DNA from: a virus
Lineage: Duplodnaviria; Heunggongvirae; Uroviricota; Caudoviricetes
DNA: 44,880 nt
IMG/VR virus record: IMGVR_UViG_3300043436_004750
Direction: 5' to 3' (one strand)
The position numbers and the translations under genes are program-made. This document shows positions 10,104-20,670 of this stretch, piece after piece. Position 1 is the first letter of the stretch; every line of letters starts with the position of its first letter. The notes beneath the pieces were generated by a model. That model had not been told where the DNA came from. It worked only from the letters and a program-made list of their open reading frames with translations, and did not search any database.

Positions 10104-10133
10104 ATGCCTATTTATAATAAAGTAAATAGGCAT
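10104..10133 (+). promoter_or_regulatory. leader hairpin enclosing the late promoter of the HNH gene
   Basis: Perfect 11-bp stem ATGCCTATTTA/TAAATAGGCAT ending 8 nt before ATG 10142; CTATTTAT starts in the 5' arm. Confidence 0.7.
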
Positions 10134-10141
10134 TTTTTATT

Positions 10142-10888
10142 ATGGATTATCAAAGAATTTATAATCAAATAGTTGATCGAGCAAAAAAAGAAAATAGGTT
10201 ATACGGAAAAGGTATATATTATGAAAGACATCATATAATCCCAAAGTGCATGGGAGGGGAAGGTAGAGTTGAGCAGTGGAAAACCCATCCAAACATTGTA
10301 GTATTGACACCAAGAGAGCATTTTGTATGTCATTGGCTACTGTGTAGAACCTACCCTAAAAACAGAAGATTAGCACATGCATTTTGGTTTATGTCAAAAC
10401 AGAACGGACCTACGCAACAAAGAGATTATGTAGTAAGTTCGAGAACGTATGCTGAAGCAGTGAATAACTTAGAATTCACAGAAGAGCATAAAGAAAAAAT
10501 TAGAAAAACAAGAGTAGGTAAGAAAACTGTGGTACATCCGCAGACAAACGAGATTAGATATGTTCCAAGTGAAGAATTAAATTACTGGTTAGAGCAAGGA
10601 TGGGAGAATACAAATTACACTAGAGGAAAGAAGGGATTGATATCAAAAGAAGGGAGTAAAGTCCTCGCAGAAGCTAGAAAAAAAGATCAAACAGGTAAAA
10701 CAGGTTTACAGGCAAAAGCTGCAAAAGGACCTTACACAGTCATCTTTGAATCAGGACAGAAATATACAGCAGGCAGCTATCCAGAACTTTCAAAACTAAC
10801 AGGAATATCATACTCAACTCTCCAGCACAGAATGACACACAAACCAGAAGTCTTTGAAAGAGGTTGGAAAATCTATAAGGGAGTATAG
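10142..10888 (+). CDS. free-standing HNH homing endonuclease
   Basis: ERHHIIPKCMGG...LTPREHFVCHWLL catalytic region; sits between tube and chaperone genes. Confidence 0.85.
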   Translation: MDYQRIYNQIVDRAKKENRLYGKGIYYERHHIIPKCMGGEGRVEQWKTHPNIVVLTPREHFVCHWLLCRTYPKNRRLAHAFWFMSKQNGPTQQRDYVVSSRTYAEAVNNLEFTEEHKEKIRKTRVGKKTVVHPQTNEIRYVPSEELNYWLEQGWENTNYTRGKKGLISKEGSKVLAEARKKDQTGKTGLQAKAAKGPYTVIFESGQKYTAGSYPELSKLTGISYSTLQHRMTHKPEVFERGWKIYKGV

Positions 10889-10957
10889 GCTTTGTTGTTT
10901 TAAAAAAGTTTTTTTCATATATTTATATATAGAACTAATTACTAACAAATAAAATTT

Positions 10958-11704
10958 ATGGAACAAAAATTTAAACTACCTACCGAAATAGTAGAACTTC
11001 CCTCAAGAGGCCTACTATACCCAAAAGATTCCCCACTAGCGTCAGGTAAAATCGAAATGAAGTATATGACCGCTAAGGAAGAAGATATTTTAACAAACGC
11101 AAACTATATTAGACAAGGAATTGTTATCGATAAGTTACTAAAATCCCTTATAGTTACAGAGATTGACTATAACGATCTTTTAGTAGGAGATAAAAACGCT
11201 ATGATGGTTGCAGCTCGTATTTTAGCTTACGGAAAAGATTATGAATTTGAATACGACGGAGTTAAGCAGACTGTAGACTTAAGTAATATAATACCGAAAC
11301 CACTTTCTCAAGAATTAGAAAAAGCAACTGAAAATGAATTTATATATACTCTCCCAAGTACAGGAAATATAATTACATTTAAGTTACTAACTCACGGAGA
11401 CGATGTAAAGATTGATCAAGAAATAAAAGGATTACAGAAGATTAATAAAGATAATGTAAGCGACATTACAGTAAGGCTGTGTTACCTAGTGACTTCTATC
11501 AACGGAAGTAGAGAACAAAAAGATATTAGAGAGTTTGTAAATAATTATTTTTTAGCAAGAGATGCTAGGGAATTTAGAAAACACTACAGCGAAATAAACC
11601 CAGATTTAGACTTATCTACTACAGTAATAAATTCATTTGGCGAAGAGGAGGACGTCGATTTGCCAATTGGGCTTAACTTTTTTTGGCCTGACGCCAGAGT
11701 ATAG
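10958..11704 (+). CDS. baseplate hub assembly/tail chaperone protein, T4 gp26-like
   Basis: 248 aa; ELPSRG...MKYMTAKEEDIL resembles the gp26 family; located between tube and tape measure. Confidence 0.7.
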   Translation: MEQKFKLPTEIVELPSRGLLYPKDSPLASGKIEMKYMTAKEEDILTNANYIRQGIVIDKLLKSLIVTEIDYNDLLVGDKNAMMVAARILAYGKDYEFEYDGVKQTVDLSNIIPKPLSQELEKATENEFIYTLPSTGNIITFKLLTHGDDVKIDQEIKGLQKINKDNVSDITVRLCYLVTSINGSREQKDIREFVNNYFLARDAREFRKHYSEINPDLDLSTTVINSFGEEEDVDLPIGLNFFWPDARV

Positions 11705-11948
11705 GCTTGCAGTATTTACACAGATACATGATATAGTTTTCTACGGTAAAGGAGGGTATGATTGGGAAACTGTCTATAACATGCCTCTTTGGTTAAGAAG
11801 ATTTACTTACAGTAAGTTATATGAACATTATATACAAAAAGAAAGCGAAAGCAGTACAGACAGTAAGATACAGCAAGGAATAAAACAAGCTCTTATAGAA
11901 AGACAGGCTAAAGAAGCCACATACACAGCAAAGGCATCAAAAAAGTGA
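11637..11948 (+). CDS. gp51-like chaperone segment, probably expressed by frameshift from the upstream gene
   Basis: FFGLT...YDWETVYNMPLWLRRF; no ATG before 11781; T7 run at 11678-11684 in the overlap. Confidence 0.6.
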   Translation: MAKRRTSICQLGLTFFGLTPEYRLAVFTQIHDIVFYGKGGYDWETVYNMPLWLRRFTYSKLYEHYIQKESESSTDSKIQQGIKQALIERQAKEATYTAKASKK

Positions 11949-11983
11949 TGCCTTTTACTATTTATAAGTAAAGTATAAGATAA

Positions 11984-14584
11984 ATGGCAATTAATAAAAG
12001 CACAGTTTCAGCAGCAGATTTAAAAAACTTAAAAGACTTCAATAAGGAAGCTTCTAACTTAACTACCGTACTTAAGGAGTTAGCAGACGCATTAGGAAAA
12101 AATGCAAAAGAAGCTGCTAAATTTACAGGAGAGTCAGCAGCTGCGTATGAAACCACTTTCACAAGTGCTGTTAATTCTGCAAAAGAATTAGCCGGGTATA
12201 CTACAAAACAGTTAGCAGATAAAAAAACCGAAGCTGAGTTCCTTAAAAAAATAGCAAAAACTGAACAAGATAGAGCTCGAGTTCAAGCTAAAATCTCAGA
12301 ACTAGAGGATAAAAAAATCAATGCAACAATAGAAGAACAGAAATATATTGAAAAAACTGTTAAACTTCTTAACGATGTAGACGATGCATTAGAAGCTCAA
12401 TTAGCTCATGCAGATAAGCTAAAAAAGAAATACGAAGATATTTCTAAGGTAGATGTCTTTGCTCCGTTTAAGGAAATGATGGGAAGAATCCCATACCTAA
12501 ACAAAGCTCTTCCGGAAATGACTAAAGCCTCTCAGGCCTTTAGGGACAGTCTAGCAGAAGGAAACAGTAAGATGAAGTCTCTTGGACAAGGAGCAAAAGT
12601 ACTTACAAATGGATTAGGTCAAGCAGCATTAGGGGCAGTACTAGGAACAGCGGTTGATGAGTTTACAAAGTTAAACGAAAGATCAGTTAATATGCAACAC
12701 AACTTAGGAGTATCTCGATTAGAGGCTCTTAAGATGAACGATGGGATGATAGAAGCCTCTCAGGCTTCAGGAAAACTTTGGTTTAACTCAGAAAGATTTC
12801 AAGAAGCACAAGAAGATATAAATAAGACATTAGGAAGTAATGGTGCAATTTCTGCTGATATGGCAGAGAATTTTGCAGCTTTACATCACCAGATGGGACT
12901 CAGTACAGAAGAAGCTACACAGTTTAACCTGGCTTCTATAAACATGGGTAAAAATGCTAAAGAGTATACATCAAGTATTTCCCTACAAACCAAATTGCTA
13001 AACGGTCAGAAAAAACTTCAAATAGATAATAGGGAAATCCTAAAAGGAGTAGCAGGAACTTCTACACGAGTACAACTAAGCTTTAAAGCCTCAGGACAAA
13101 ATCTAGCACAAGCAGTATACCAAGCAAAGAGCTTAGGTATGAATATGGCGCAGGTTGAGAAAACAGCAGATAGTTTATTAGATTTTGAATCATCTATTGC
13201 AAATGAATTAGAAGCAGAACTACTATCAGGAAAAGAATACAACCTAGAGAAAGCAAGAGCAGCAGCTTTAACCAATGATATGGTTGGACTTACCTCTGAA
13301 TTAGCTAAACAAGGAATTACAGCAGCATCGTTCGGTAAAATGAATAGACTTGAACAAGAATCTACTGCTAAGATGCTTGGAATGCAAGCTGATGAATTAG
13401 CAAATTCACTAACCTTACAGGAACAGTTAAAAACAGTTTCAAAAGAATCTGGTTATCGTGATGCTAAATCTCTAGAAGATCTTCAAAAGCAAGTAACTCT
13501 TCGAGCTAAGAAAGTAGGAATGGAGAAAGCTTTAAGTGAGATAGGGGACAAGTCTTTAAGGAATCAGATCGATGCAAATACTTTTGCTGAACAGCAAGCA
13601 CTACAGCAAACAAAAATGGCTGAAAAAGTAGCTAATGCTCTAGGGCCAGAAGGCTTGCAGAAGACAATGGACTCTCTTGATAGTAGTATAAAGTACTTAA
13701 CATTAGCAATCGCAGCCTTAGCAGGACTTCAGTTAGGTAAGACTATAACAAGCCCTTTAAAAAGTGCATTTGAATATTCAAAAGGATTAGTAAAAAATCT
13801 AGGAAATAAATCAGGAACAGCAGAATCACTAACAAAATCTGCAACATCTTCTGCATCAACAGCAACAAAAGCAGCAGGAAAGAGCGGTGGAATACTTGGA
13901 AAAGTAGGAAGCTTCTTTGGCGGTATAGGAGATAAGATTGCAAATAGTGGAGTAGGAAAAGCCGTAGGAGGAGCTTTAGGGAAGATGAATCCAATTAAAG
14001 CCGCAGGAGATGTAATTAAAGGGCCACTAAAAGGATTAGGTAAATTTTTAGGACCTATTGCAACTATAATTTCAGCAGTAGGAAGTGTATCAGGAGAAAT
14101 AGCAACAGCAAGAGCACAACAAGCAGCCGGACAACAAGTAAACCCGGGTGATTTAGGGAAGAGAGTTGTACAAGGAGCAGCCTACCCAATTGTAAATGGT
14201 GCTATGAACCTTATACCAGGATTTGGTAATGCAATATCACTAGTAGATGGATTACTAAGTACCGTAGGAATGTCTCCACTTAAATGGGTATCTGACAACC
14301 TGATTGATTTTGTACCTTCAGACATGTTTGCAGGACTAGGGAACTATATACTAAAGCCATCAGGGCCGAAAAAAGAAGAAAGAAAAATGGCGACAGGAGG
14401 AATTGTAACAGGACCTACCAAAGCACTTGTAGGAGAAGCAGGACCAGAAGCTGTAGTGCCTTTAAGAGAATTCTATGCAAAAATAGATGAATTAATACAA
14501 GCAGTAAAACAAGGTCAGAATATTTATATAGGAGCAAACAAATTAAACGAATCAATTGGCTTAAACCTACATTCAGTAGGATAA
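11984..14584 (+). CDS. tape measure protein
   Basis: 866 aa; Ala/Lys-rich helical; C-terminal ATGGIVTGPTKALVGEAGPEAVVPL. Confidence 0.85.
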   Translation: MAINKSTVSAADLKNLKDFNKEASNLTTVLKELADALGKNAKEAAKFTGESAAAYETTFTSAVNSAKELAGYTTKQLADKKTEAEFLKKIAKTEQDRARVQAKISELEDKKINATIEEQKYIEKTVKLLNDVDDALEAQLAHADKLKKKYEDISKVDVFAPFKEMMGRIPYLNKALPEMTKASQAFRDSLAEGNSKMKSLGQGAKVLTNGLGQAALGAVLGTAVDEFTKLNERSVNMQHNLGVSRLEALKMNDGMIEASQASGKLWFNSERFQEAQEDINKTLGSNGAISADMAENFAALHHQMGLSTEEATQFNLASINMGKNAKEYTSSISLQTKLLNGQKKLQIDNREILKGVAGTSTRVQLSFKASGQNLAQAVYQAKSLGMNMAQVEKTADSLLDFESSIANELEAELLSGKEYNLEKARAAALTNDMVGLTSELAKQGITAASFGKMNRLEQESTAKMLGMQADELANSLTLQEQLKTVSKESGYRDAKSLEDLQKQVTLRAKKVGMEKALSEIGDKSLRNQIDANTFAEQQALQQTKMAEKVANALGPEGLQKTMDSLDSSIKYLTLAIAALAGLQLGKTITSPLKSAFEYSKGLVKNLGNKSGTAESLTKSATSSASTATKAAGKSGGILGKVGSFFGGIGDKIANSGVGKAVGGALGKMNPIKAAGDVIKGPLKGLGKFLGPIATIISAVGSVSGEIATARAQQAAGQQVNPGDLGKRVVQGAAYPIVNGAMNLIPGFGNAISLVDGLLSTVGMSPLKWVSDNLIDFVPSDMFAGLGNYILKPSGPKKEERKMATGGIVTGPTKALVGEAGPEAVVPLREFYAKIDELIQAVKQGQNIYIGANKLNESIGLNLHSVG

Positions 14585-14614
14585 GCTATTTATAATAGAT
14601 AAAAAACACTAAAC

Positions 14615-14821
14615 ATGGGATTAATAAACTTACTACCGACAAGTAACTTAGGATTACAAGGAACAACACCATCACAAATACCAAGTGCAAATCCTAACTC
14701 AGCAATGCACAACCAGTATTCTCTCAACGGAGTACCAATACAAGCACCAGCCCCTCCGCCATCGGAATTAGACTTAAACGGAATTACACCTCCAAAATAC
14801 CTAGACAATCCTCCAGGATAA
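14615..14821 (+). CDS. small Pro-rich structural hypothetical protein
   Basis: 68 aa; late motif at 14586. Confidence 0.6.
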   Translation: MGLINLLPTSNLGLQGTTPSQIPSANPNSAMHNQYSLNGVPIQAPAPPPSELDLNGITPPKYLDNPPG

Positions 14822-14833
14822 TAAAAAACCTAT

Positions 14834-16426
14834 ATGACATCACCAGGACTATTAAATCTCCGAACAGACCTTAAAAGTCTTCGTTACGGAAGCGATAAAC
14901 CCTACGTTACTAAGGACATTAATAATCCTCCTTCTAGTAATCAAACCGGTATGCAAATAACCAAGAGAGTAGATGATTTATCTAGAATCTCTCAAATGCT
15001 TATTGACCGTCCTGGATTAAAGTTTATAGGAAATCAAGCCCTACTTCAACAAGTAGATATCCAGGATAAATTACAGAAGAGTAGAGATAGAGGGAAAACC
15101 TTAGGAGGAGCTATTCTACAACAGGCGCTAGGAACGGTTAAACAGACAGCTAAAATTCTAGGATCAACCCTAGCCCAGGTTCCAGTAAATGGTACAGGTA
15201 CACATTTTGTATACGCCTTCAGAACCGATACTTATCTATCACCAGCAACTACAAATTCATTTACTCAATTCTTTGGAGCAGGAGGAGTAGAAGGAGCACC
15301 ACTTGCATTAAGGGGAGAAAAAATAGAAGGAACAGTACAATCAAACTTTTATAATCCAGGTGAAACTTACATAACAGATACCCAAGTAACCCCAGAAGAA
15401 GAATCACTAGACTTATCGAAGACCACTAACAAATACCTACCAAAAGCAAGCTCCGGAGAAGCCGCTGACGGGCTTCTTTTAGATGCATTTTTAGGAACAG
15501 GAATAGACCCACTAAATAGGACATATGTTGAGCAAAAAAAGCAAAATTTTCCAACAGAGAAATTTGCACCAGAAAGTACACCAGGGATAGGAATAACAAC
15601 AGGCTCTTACATAGGACCTGATGGACTCTCTAAAAAACTTGCAACAAATTACACATCAGGTAGTACCTATATTGCAGAACAAAAAAGAAGATTTGATAGA
15701 AACTTTGATGTAAGAAAGGAAAATAGAATTCTTTTAGGAGACCAAGGAGGAAGAAGGGATGAAGCTAAAAGTAAAAATCAATACTGGGTTACAGGAAGTA
15801 ACGGTGCAGAGCTTGATAACATAAACATGCTACGTCCTGTTACAGAATTAGTCGAACCAAAAAAAGGAAGAGATATTGTAAAATTTAGATTCCATGTAAT
15901 AACTCCTGGTGAAACAAGAATTTTATATTTTAGAGCTTTTCTTGATACCTTCTCAGATACTTACACAGGACAGTGGAATCCAACTAAATACATAGGTAGA
16001 GCAGAAGATTTTCAAGTTTATGGTGGCTTTCAAAGAAAAATTACCTTATCTTTTAAAATAGCTGCTGCTACAAGATCTGAGATGAAACCACTGTACCAGA
16101 AAATGATATACTTAGCATCTTCAACTGCTCCTACATACACCATAGATGGACAGTTTATGAGAGGAACTATTGTTGAGATGACAGTAGGGGACTACGTAAG
16201 TAAATTACCAGGAGTAATGAACAGTGTAAACTATTCTTGGAATGTAGAATATCCTTGGGAAATTGCAATGACAGAACCAGAAGGATTAGGAGATTTAGGA
16301 ATGCAAGAATTACCAATGGTAATGGATTGTAGTATAGACTTTACACCAATACATACATTTACACCTGAAACAGGTCTTAAGAAATATATTACAGCAGGAG
16401 GTAATTTTTTACAGGATGCTGAGTAG
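14834..16426 (+). CDS. baseplate/tail-tube initiator-like protein (gp48/gp54-like C-terminal domain)
   Basis: 530 aa; FRAFLDTFSDTYTGQW...GRAEDFQVYGGFQRKITLSF. Confidence 0.55.
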   Translation: MTSPGLLNLRTDLKSLRYGSDKPYVTKDINNPPSSNQTGMQITKRVDDLSRISQMLIDRPGLKFIGNQALLQQVDIQDKLQKSRDRGKTLGGAILQQALGTVKQTAKILGSTLAQVPVNGTGTHFVYAFRTDTYLSPATTNSFTQFFGAGGVEGAPLALRGEKIEGTVQSNFYNPGETYITDTQVTPEEESLDLSKTTNKYLPKASSGEAADGLLLDAFLGTGIDPLNRTYVEQKKQNFPTEKFAPESTPGIGITTGSYIGPDGLSKKLATNYTSGSTYIAEQKRRFDRNFDVRKENRILLGDQGGRRDEAKSKNQYWVTGSNGAELDNINMLRPVTELVEPKKGRDIVKFRFHVITPGETRILYFRAFLDTFSDTYTGQWNPTKYIGRAEDFQVYGGFQRKITLSFKIAAATRSEMKPLYQKMIYLASSTAPTYTIDGQFMRGTIVEMTVGDYVSKLPGVMNSVNYSWNVEYPWEIAMTEPEGLGDLGMQELPMVMDCSIDFTPIHTFTPETGLKKYITAGGNFLQDAE

Positions 16427-16482
16427 CAAGCAGCAAAAAGAGAACTTACAAGAATTAGAACAAGCATTAACAACCTTAGAAT

Positions 16483-16779
16483 ATGAAAAGATACGATACA
16501 GTACCTTTAACAGAATCACCCACAGGAAAACAGTATAGGAGAACAGTTCAATACCCAGAAATACTACCTACCTCGGAAGATTTCTACATAATTACAACAG
16601 CAGGGGATAGGTATGATAGGTTAGCACAACAATTCTATCAAGATAGTTCTTTGTGGTGGATCATAGCATCTGCAAATAATTCAGAAAGAGCTTCTTTAAT
16701 TGTACAACCAGGTGTTCAAATTAGAATACCTGTAGATAAAGCTACAGCAATAAACAACTTTACAAATCTTAATAGATAA
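16483..16779 (+). CDS. LysM-like baseplate wedge protein (gp53/tail X-like)
   Basis: 98 aa; GDRYDRLAQQFYQDSSLWWIIASAN. Confidence 0.7.
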   Translation: MKRYDTVPLTESPTGKQYRRTVQYPEILPTSEDFYIITTAGDRYDRLAQQFYQDSSLWWIIASANNSERASLIVQPGVQIRIPVDKATAINNFTNLNR

Positions 16780-16783
16780 AAAA

Positions 16784-19501
16784 ATGGCAAGTAGTAAAGT
16801 TATAGGAGGACCTTTCGATAAGGAAGTATTAAATCAATTAAATTTGAGAAGTGATATCTTTTCGAAAAAAGAACGTAGAACAGATCAAAATATACAGTAC
16901 CTTAATAGTAAGATAGGGTGGGTAAAGTTAACATCTTCAGTAAATGCAGGAGAATCTAGCGCATTAGCAAATAAGTACGTATTCATTGCAGGAACAAAAG
17001 GAAGATTTGGGGATAATACCTATAGTAATTTTACAGGAGAAGGATTAGGATTTAGACCTATGCCAGGTATCACAGGAGTGCAAATTCGAGCTATTAATAG
17101 GTTCGGGGTTCTAAAAGAAGCTACAATTACATTTAACTGCTGGGATGTTTCTCAATTACAGGAATTGGAACAACTGTATATGAGACCAGGGTTTTCAGCC
17201 TTGCTTGAATGGGGACATAGTGTTTACTATAAAGGAGCAGATAATTTTATAACAACACCAAGCACAGTACCTTCAATGTTTACAGAAGGTACAACAAAAG
17301 AAAATCTATATAAAGAAATAGATAAATTAAAAGCATCTTCTGGATACAACTACGATGGAATTTTTGGATTTATTAAAAACTTTTCTTGGAAATACAGACA
17401 AGATGGAGGGTACGACTGTACAACAACCTTAATATCTATCGGAGAAATTATAGAATCTTTAACAATTGATGTAGGATCAAGCACATTCTCAGACAGTAAG
17501 GTATCTCCAAACGAGGAATTAAAACCTACTATGTTAGAAGAAGTTTTCAACACAATTATAAAAACATCAAACGAATCGGGGATAGGTAACGTATGGAATA
17601 CATTAAAAGATAAATATAAGTCTTTTACAGATACTTACACAAGAATTAATGGAGTATCAGGAATAAATATTGCAAGTACGTCAGTTACAACTAAAGTCCC
17701 AGTAGATGATAAGTCCAATGTAAAAACAGGGGATACAAATAAATTTGTATATATGAAGTTAGATAGTTTTTGTGCACTTGTTAATACAATTTTACCAAAA
17801 GATGAAAAAAGTAAAAATCTTGTAATAAAACTAAATACCCAAATAGCAAAAATAGGAGAGGATTCAGATATACCTCTTTGCAGATATAGAACATACGATT
17901 TTCATACATCAAGCGATCCAGGAGTTTGTTTACTAATATTGCCCTCTACAAAAAAATGGGCATCTGGACAGGTATATCCGACTATTATACAGAACTTAAG
18001 AGAAACATTAAACGAAACAGCTTCTGATGAAATATTAAATATATGGGTTAATATAAACGTATTAGGAGAAGTAATAGCTACTTTGGTAGCTAATCCGGAG
18101 AAAGAAAAAAGAACTTTAATAAACTTATTTGATCCAATTTTAAAAAAAATTAATAGTGTAATAGGAGGAGACTATAACGATTTAGCTTTACATTACGAGG
18201 AAAATACACTTACCTACTACATTGTAGATAGAAAAGTTAGAGCAGCAGAATCAGAGGAAGAAACCCCTATGTTAAATATAACAGGATTAAGATCCACAGT
18301 ATCGAATTTTGACTTTACAACAAAATTATCTCCTGCTTTAAGTACAATGGTAGCTATCTCTGCTCAAAACAATGGATCTGATGTTGGGGTAGAAGCAGAA
18401 GCTCTATTTAGGTGGAATGAAGGATTAACCGACAGAATACTGGGGAATAAGTTTATCAACCAGACACAGGATACTTCTAAAAAAGAAAGTGTAGAAGAAG
18501 AGAGAAAAAAGCAACAAGTCAAAAGGTATGATAATGTATTTGCAGCATTAAAGGATTTTTACAGCAATGCCAACTACGATCCAATTAAATTTGAAAAAGC
18601 AAAAGTAGAATATACAGATTTCACTAGAACTTATATACAGACCCATACAGAGGAATCAGCAGCATCAAGTGCTAAAGCCGGTCCTGCAGGAATAATTCCT
18701 TTTGAAGTAAGTATAGACATGGAAGGAATATCTGGTATAAAAATAGGACAAGCCTTCAGGATTAATAAAGGAATAATGCCAGCCAAATACGATGAAGTAT
18801 TGGGATTTATTGTAACTGGAGTAGATCACACTATCGGAGGTAATAGATGGACAACCCAGTTAAAAGCACAAACAATAGTACTTAAACCAGGAGATAAATT
18901 AACAACAAGTCCTGAATTTGATCAAGGACAGGCTGCAGATGGAACTTCTACCACAGAAAGACAAGGTATAGGATCTTCTGCACCAATAAAAGGAAGTCCG
19001 CTACTTAAAACAGTATTAGAAAAAGCGGGATATAAACCAGGTACTTTTGAATATGAATTTGCACTTGTAATCGGAACAAAAGAAGGATGGTTACCAAATG
19101 CTAACGGAGGAAGAGGGTCAAGATCTTATAGAAACAATAACCCGGGTAATCTAGATTATAGTAAATCATTAAAAGAAATAGACCCTGGTGTAACTCTTCC
19201 ACAAGGAGAAAGATTTGCTAGATTTACTACTGCTGAATTAGGAGCAAAAGCATTAGTAGAAAAGAAAATAAAAAAATGGAGTAAAGGAAATATGCCAGTT
19301 ACAGAGGGTAATCAGAAATTACTACCAGCTAATAAGAGATATAAACAAGGAACTCCTCCTACTATAGAGCAGTTTATGTATACTTACGCACCACCTAATG
19401 AAAATAATACAGAAGGATACATAGGAAGTGTAGTAGCAAGTTTGCAAAAAAATTACCCAAAAGTAACAAGAATTACAAAACCTAATGAGTATTTACCGTA
19501 A
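16784..19501 (+). CDS. baseplate hub protein with C-terminal putative peptidoglycan hydrolase domain
   Basis: 905 aa; follows the LysM gene; C-terminal RNNNPGNL...RF...YAPPNENNT motif set. Confidence 0.6.
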   Translation: MASSKVIGGPFDKEVLNQLNLRSDIFSKKERRTDQNIQYLNSKIGWVKLTSSVNAGESSALANKYVFIAGTKGRFGDNTYSNFTGEGLGFRPMPGITGVQIRAINRFGVLKEATITFNCWDVSQLQELEQLYMRPGFSALLEWGHSVYYKGADNFITTPSTVPSMFTEGTTKENLYKEIDKLKASSGYNYDGIFGFIKNFSWKYRQDGGYDCTTTLISIGEIIESLTIDVGSSTFSDSKVSPNEELKPTMLEEVFNTIIKTSNESGIGNVWNTLKDKYKSFTDTYTRINGVSGINIASTSVTTKVPVDDKSNVKTGDTNKFVYMKLDSFCALVNTILPKDEKSKNLVIKLNTQIAKIGEDSDIPLCRYRTYDFHTSSDPGVCLLILPSTKKWASGQVYPTIIQNLRETLNETASDEILNIWVNINVLGEVIATLVANPEKEKRTLINLFDPILKKINSVIGGDYNDLALHYEENTLTYYIVDRKVRAAESEEETPMLNITGLRSTVSNFDFTTKLSPALSTMVAISAQNNGSDVGVEAEALFRWNEGLTDRILGNKFINQTQDTSKKESVEEERKKQQVKRYDNVFAALKDFYSNANYDPIKFEKAKVEYTDFTRTYIQTHTEESAASSAKAGPAGIIPFEVSIDMEGISGIKIGQAFRINKGIMPAKYDEVLGFIVTGVDHTIGGNRWTTQLKAQTIVLKPGDKLTTSPEFDQGQAADGTSTTERQGIGSSAPIKGSPLLKTVLEKAGYKPGTFEYEFALVIGTKEGWLPNANGGRGSRSYRNNNPGNLDYSKSLKEIDPGVTLPQGERFARFTTAELGAKALVEKKIKKWSKGNMPVTEGNQKLLPANKRYKQGTPPTIEQFMYTYAPPNENNTEGYIGSVVASLQKNYPKVTRITKPNEYLP

Positions 19502-20175
19502 TGGCAAAGTTTAAAAGATACATACCTAAGAGTAAATATACAGAACCAAAATATACACCAGGAGGGGAATTTGTAAATAAAAATACTCAACAGGATTATA
19601 TAGGATATTACATTGAAACATATAGAGATAGATTTTATGCAGGAAAATCTCCTCAACAAGCAGGAGAGGAAATTGTAAAAATTAAAAGTGAAGGGATTGT
19701 AAATAAAGGAGCAAAAGCAAGCCTACTTACTTTGTTATCAATTTTATCAAAAGGATTTTTTAAACCAAGTATATCCTCAGTAGATAGAGATAATGGAGTT
19801 ACTACAAGGTATTTTATTCAAGATAAAAATAACAATAAAATAACAGAAACAGACAAAAACACATACCTACAGGTACAGGATCAAATACCTAACCAGAGAT
19901 TTGCAGCAGTAGATTGGATTATAAAAGGACCAGCTGAGAATCAGATAATGAATGGGTATCCGTTTGAAGGAGCAGCTTCTAAGAATAAAAAAGCAATAGC
20001 TGCAGTAGAAAAACAAATGCCAGGTATTTCAACCTTTGTAACAGATTATTCACTCCTTGTAGAAGAACCAGTTTCTGCAACAGCAAATGAACTGTCTTCA
20101 AACACAATTATAATAGAAGATCCAGCTCTAGCATTGGAAAATTCAAGAAAGGCAAATTTCGATTTAAGAAAATAA
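19501..20175 (+). CDS. hypothetical, probably baseplate-associated protein
   Basis: 224 aa; start overlaps the previous stop (TAATG). Confidence 0.6.
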   Translation: MAKFKRYIPKSKYTEPKYTPGGEFVNKNTQQDYIGYYIETYRDRFYAGKSPQQAGEEIVKIKSEGIVNKGAKASLLTLLSILSKGFFKPSISSVDRDNGVTTRYFIQDKNNNKITETDKNTYLQVQDQIPNQRFAAVDWIIKGPAENQIMNGYPFEGAASKNKKAIAAVEKQMPGISTFVTDYSLLVEEPVSATANELSSNTIIIEDPALALENSRKANFDLRK

Positions 20176-20203
20176 AATACTATTTATATAAAAATAGGAT
20201 ATA

Positions 20204-20632
20204 ATGAAAAAATCAGAGCTGATACAGGTCATAAAGGAAGAACTTACTACTTTACGGGGATTATATAGAGCTAAAGTTGGAGATAAAATCTGGATAGGAA
20301 AACAGGGTCAGCAATATAAGAGTAGATCAGAAATAACTAAGATTCTTCCTGATGGAAAATTAGTTTCAAAAGATGGAAATATATTTTATCCAAATGGTAG
20401 ATTATATAAAGGATCATCTCCTCAATACCAAAAAACAAAAAATCCTGGAAAGGAAGTTTCTGCTCAATTAGCTACTCAGGAAGATTTTAACAAAGAATAT
20501 AAAAGAATTAAAGTAGACTTTTTAAGGAAATTTGATTGGGATAAAATGGATATTGTGGATTTAGAAAAGTTAATTGATCAACTACCTATAAAGCAAGCAA
20601 ATACGCTAACTACATCTAGGTTTGTAAAATAG
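20204..20632 (+). CDS. hypothetical late protein
   Basis: 142 aa; MKKSELIQVIKEEL N-terminus; late motif at 20180. Confidence 0.6.
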   Translation: MKKSELIQVIKEELTTLRGLYRAKVGDKIWIGKQGQQYKSRSEITKILPDGKLVSKDGNIFYPNGRLYKGSSPQYQKTKNPGKEVSAQLATQEDFNKEYKRIKVDFLRKFDWDKMDIVDLEKLIDQLPIKQANTLTTSRFVK

Positions 20633-20670
20633 TATATAAATATCTTTAAGTGCTATTTATATTAAAGAAG

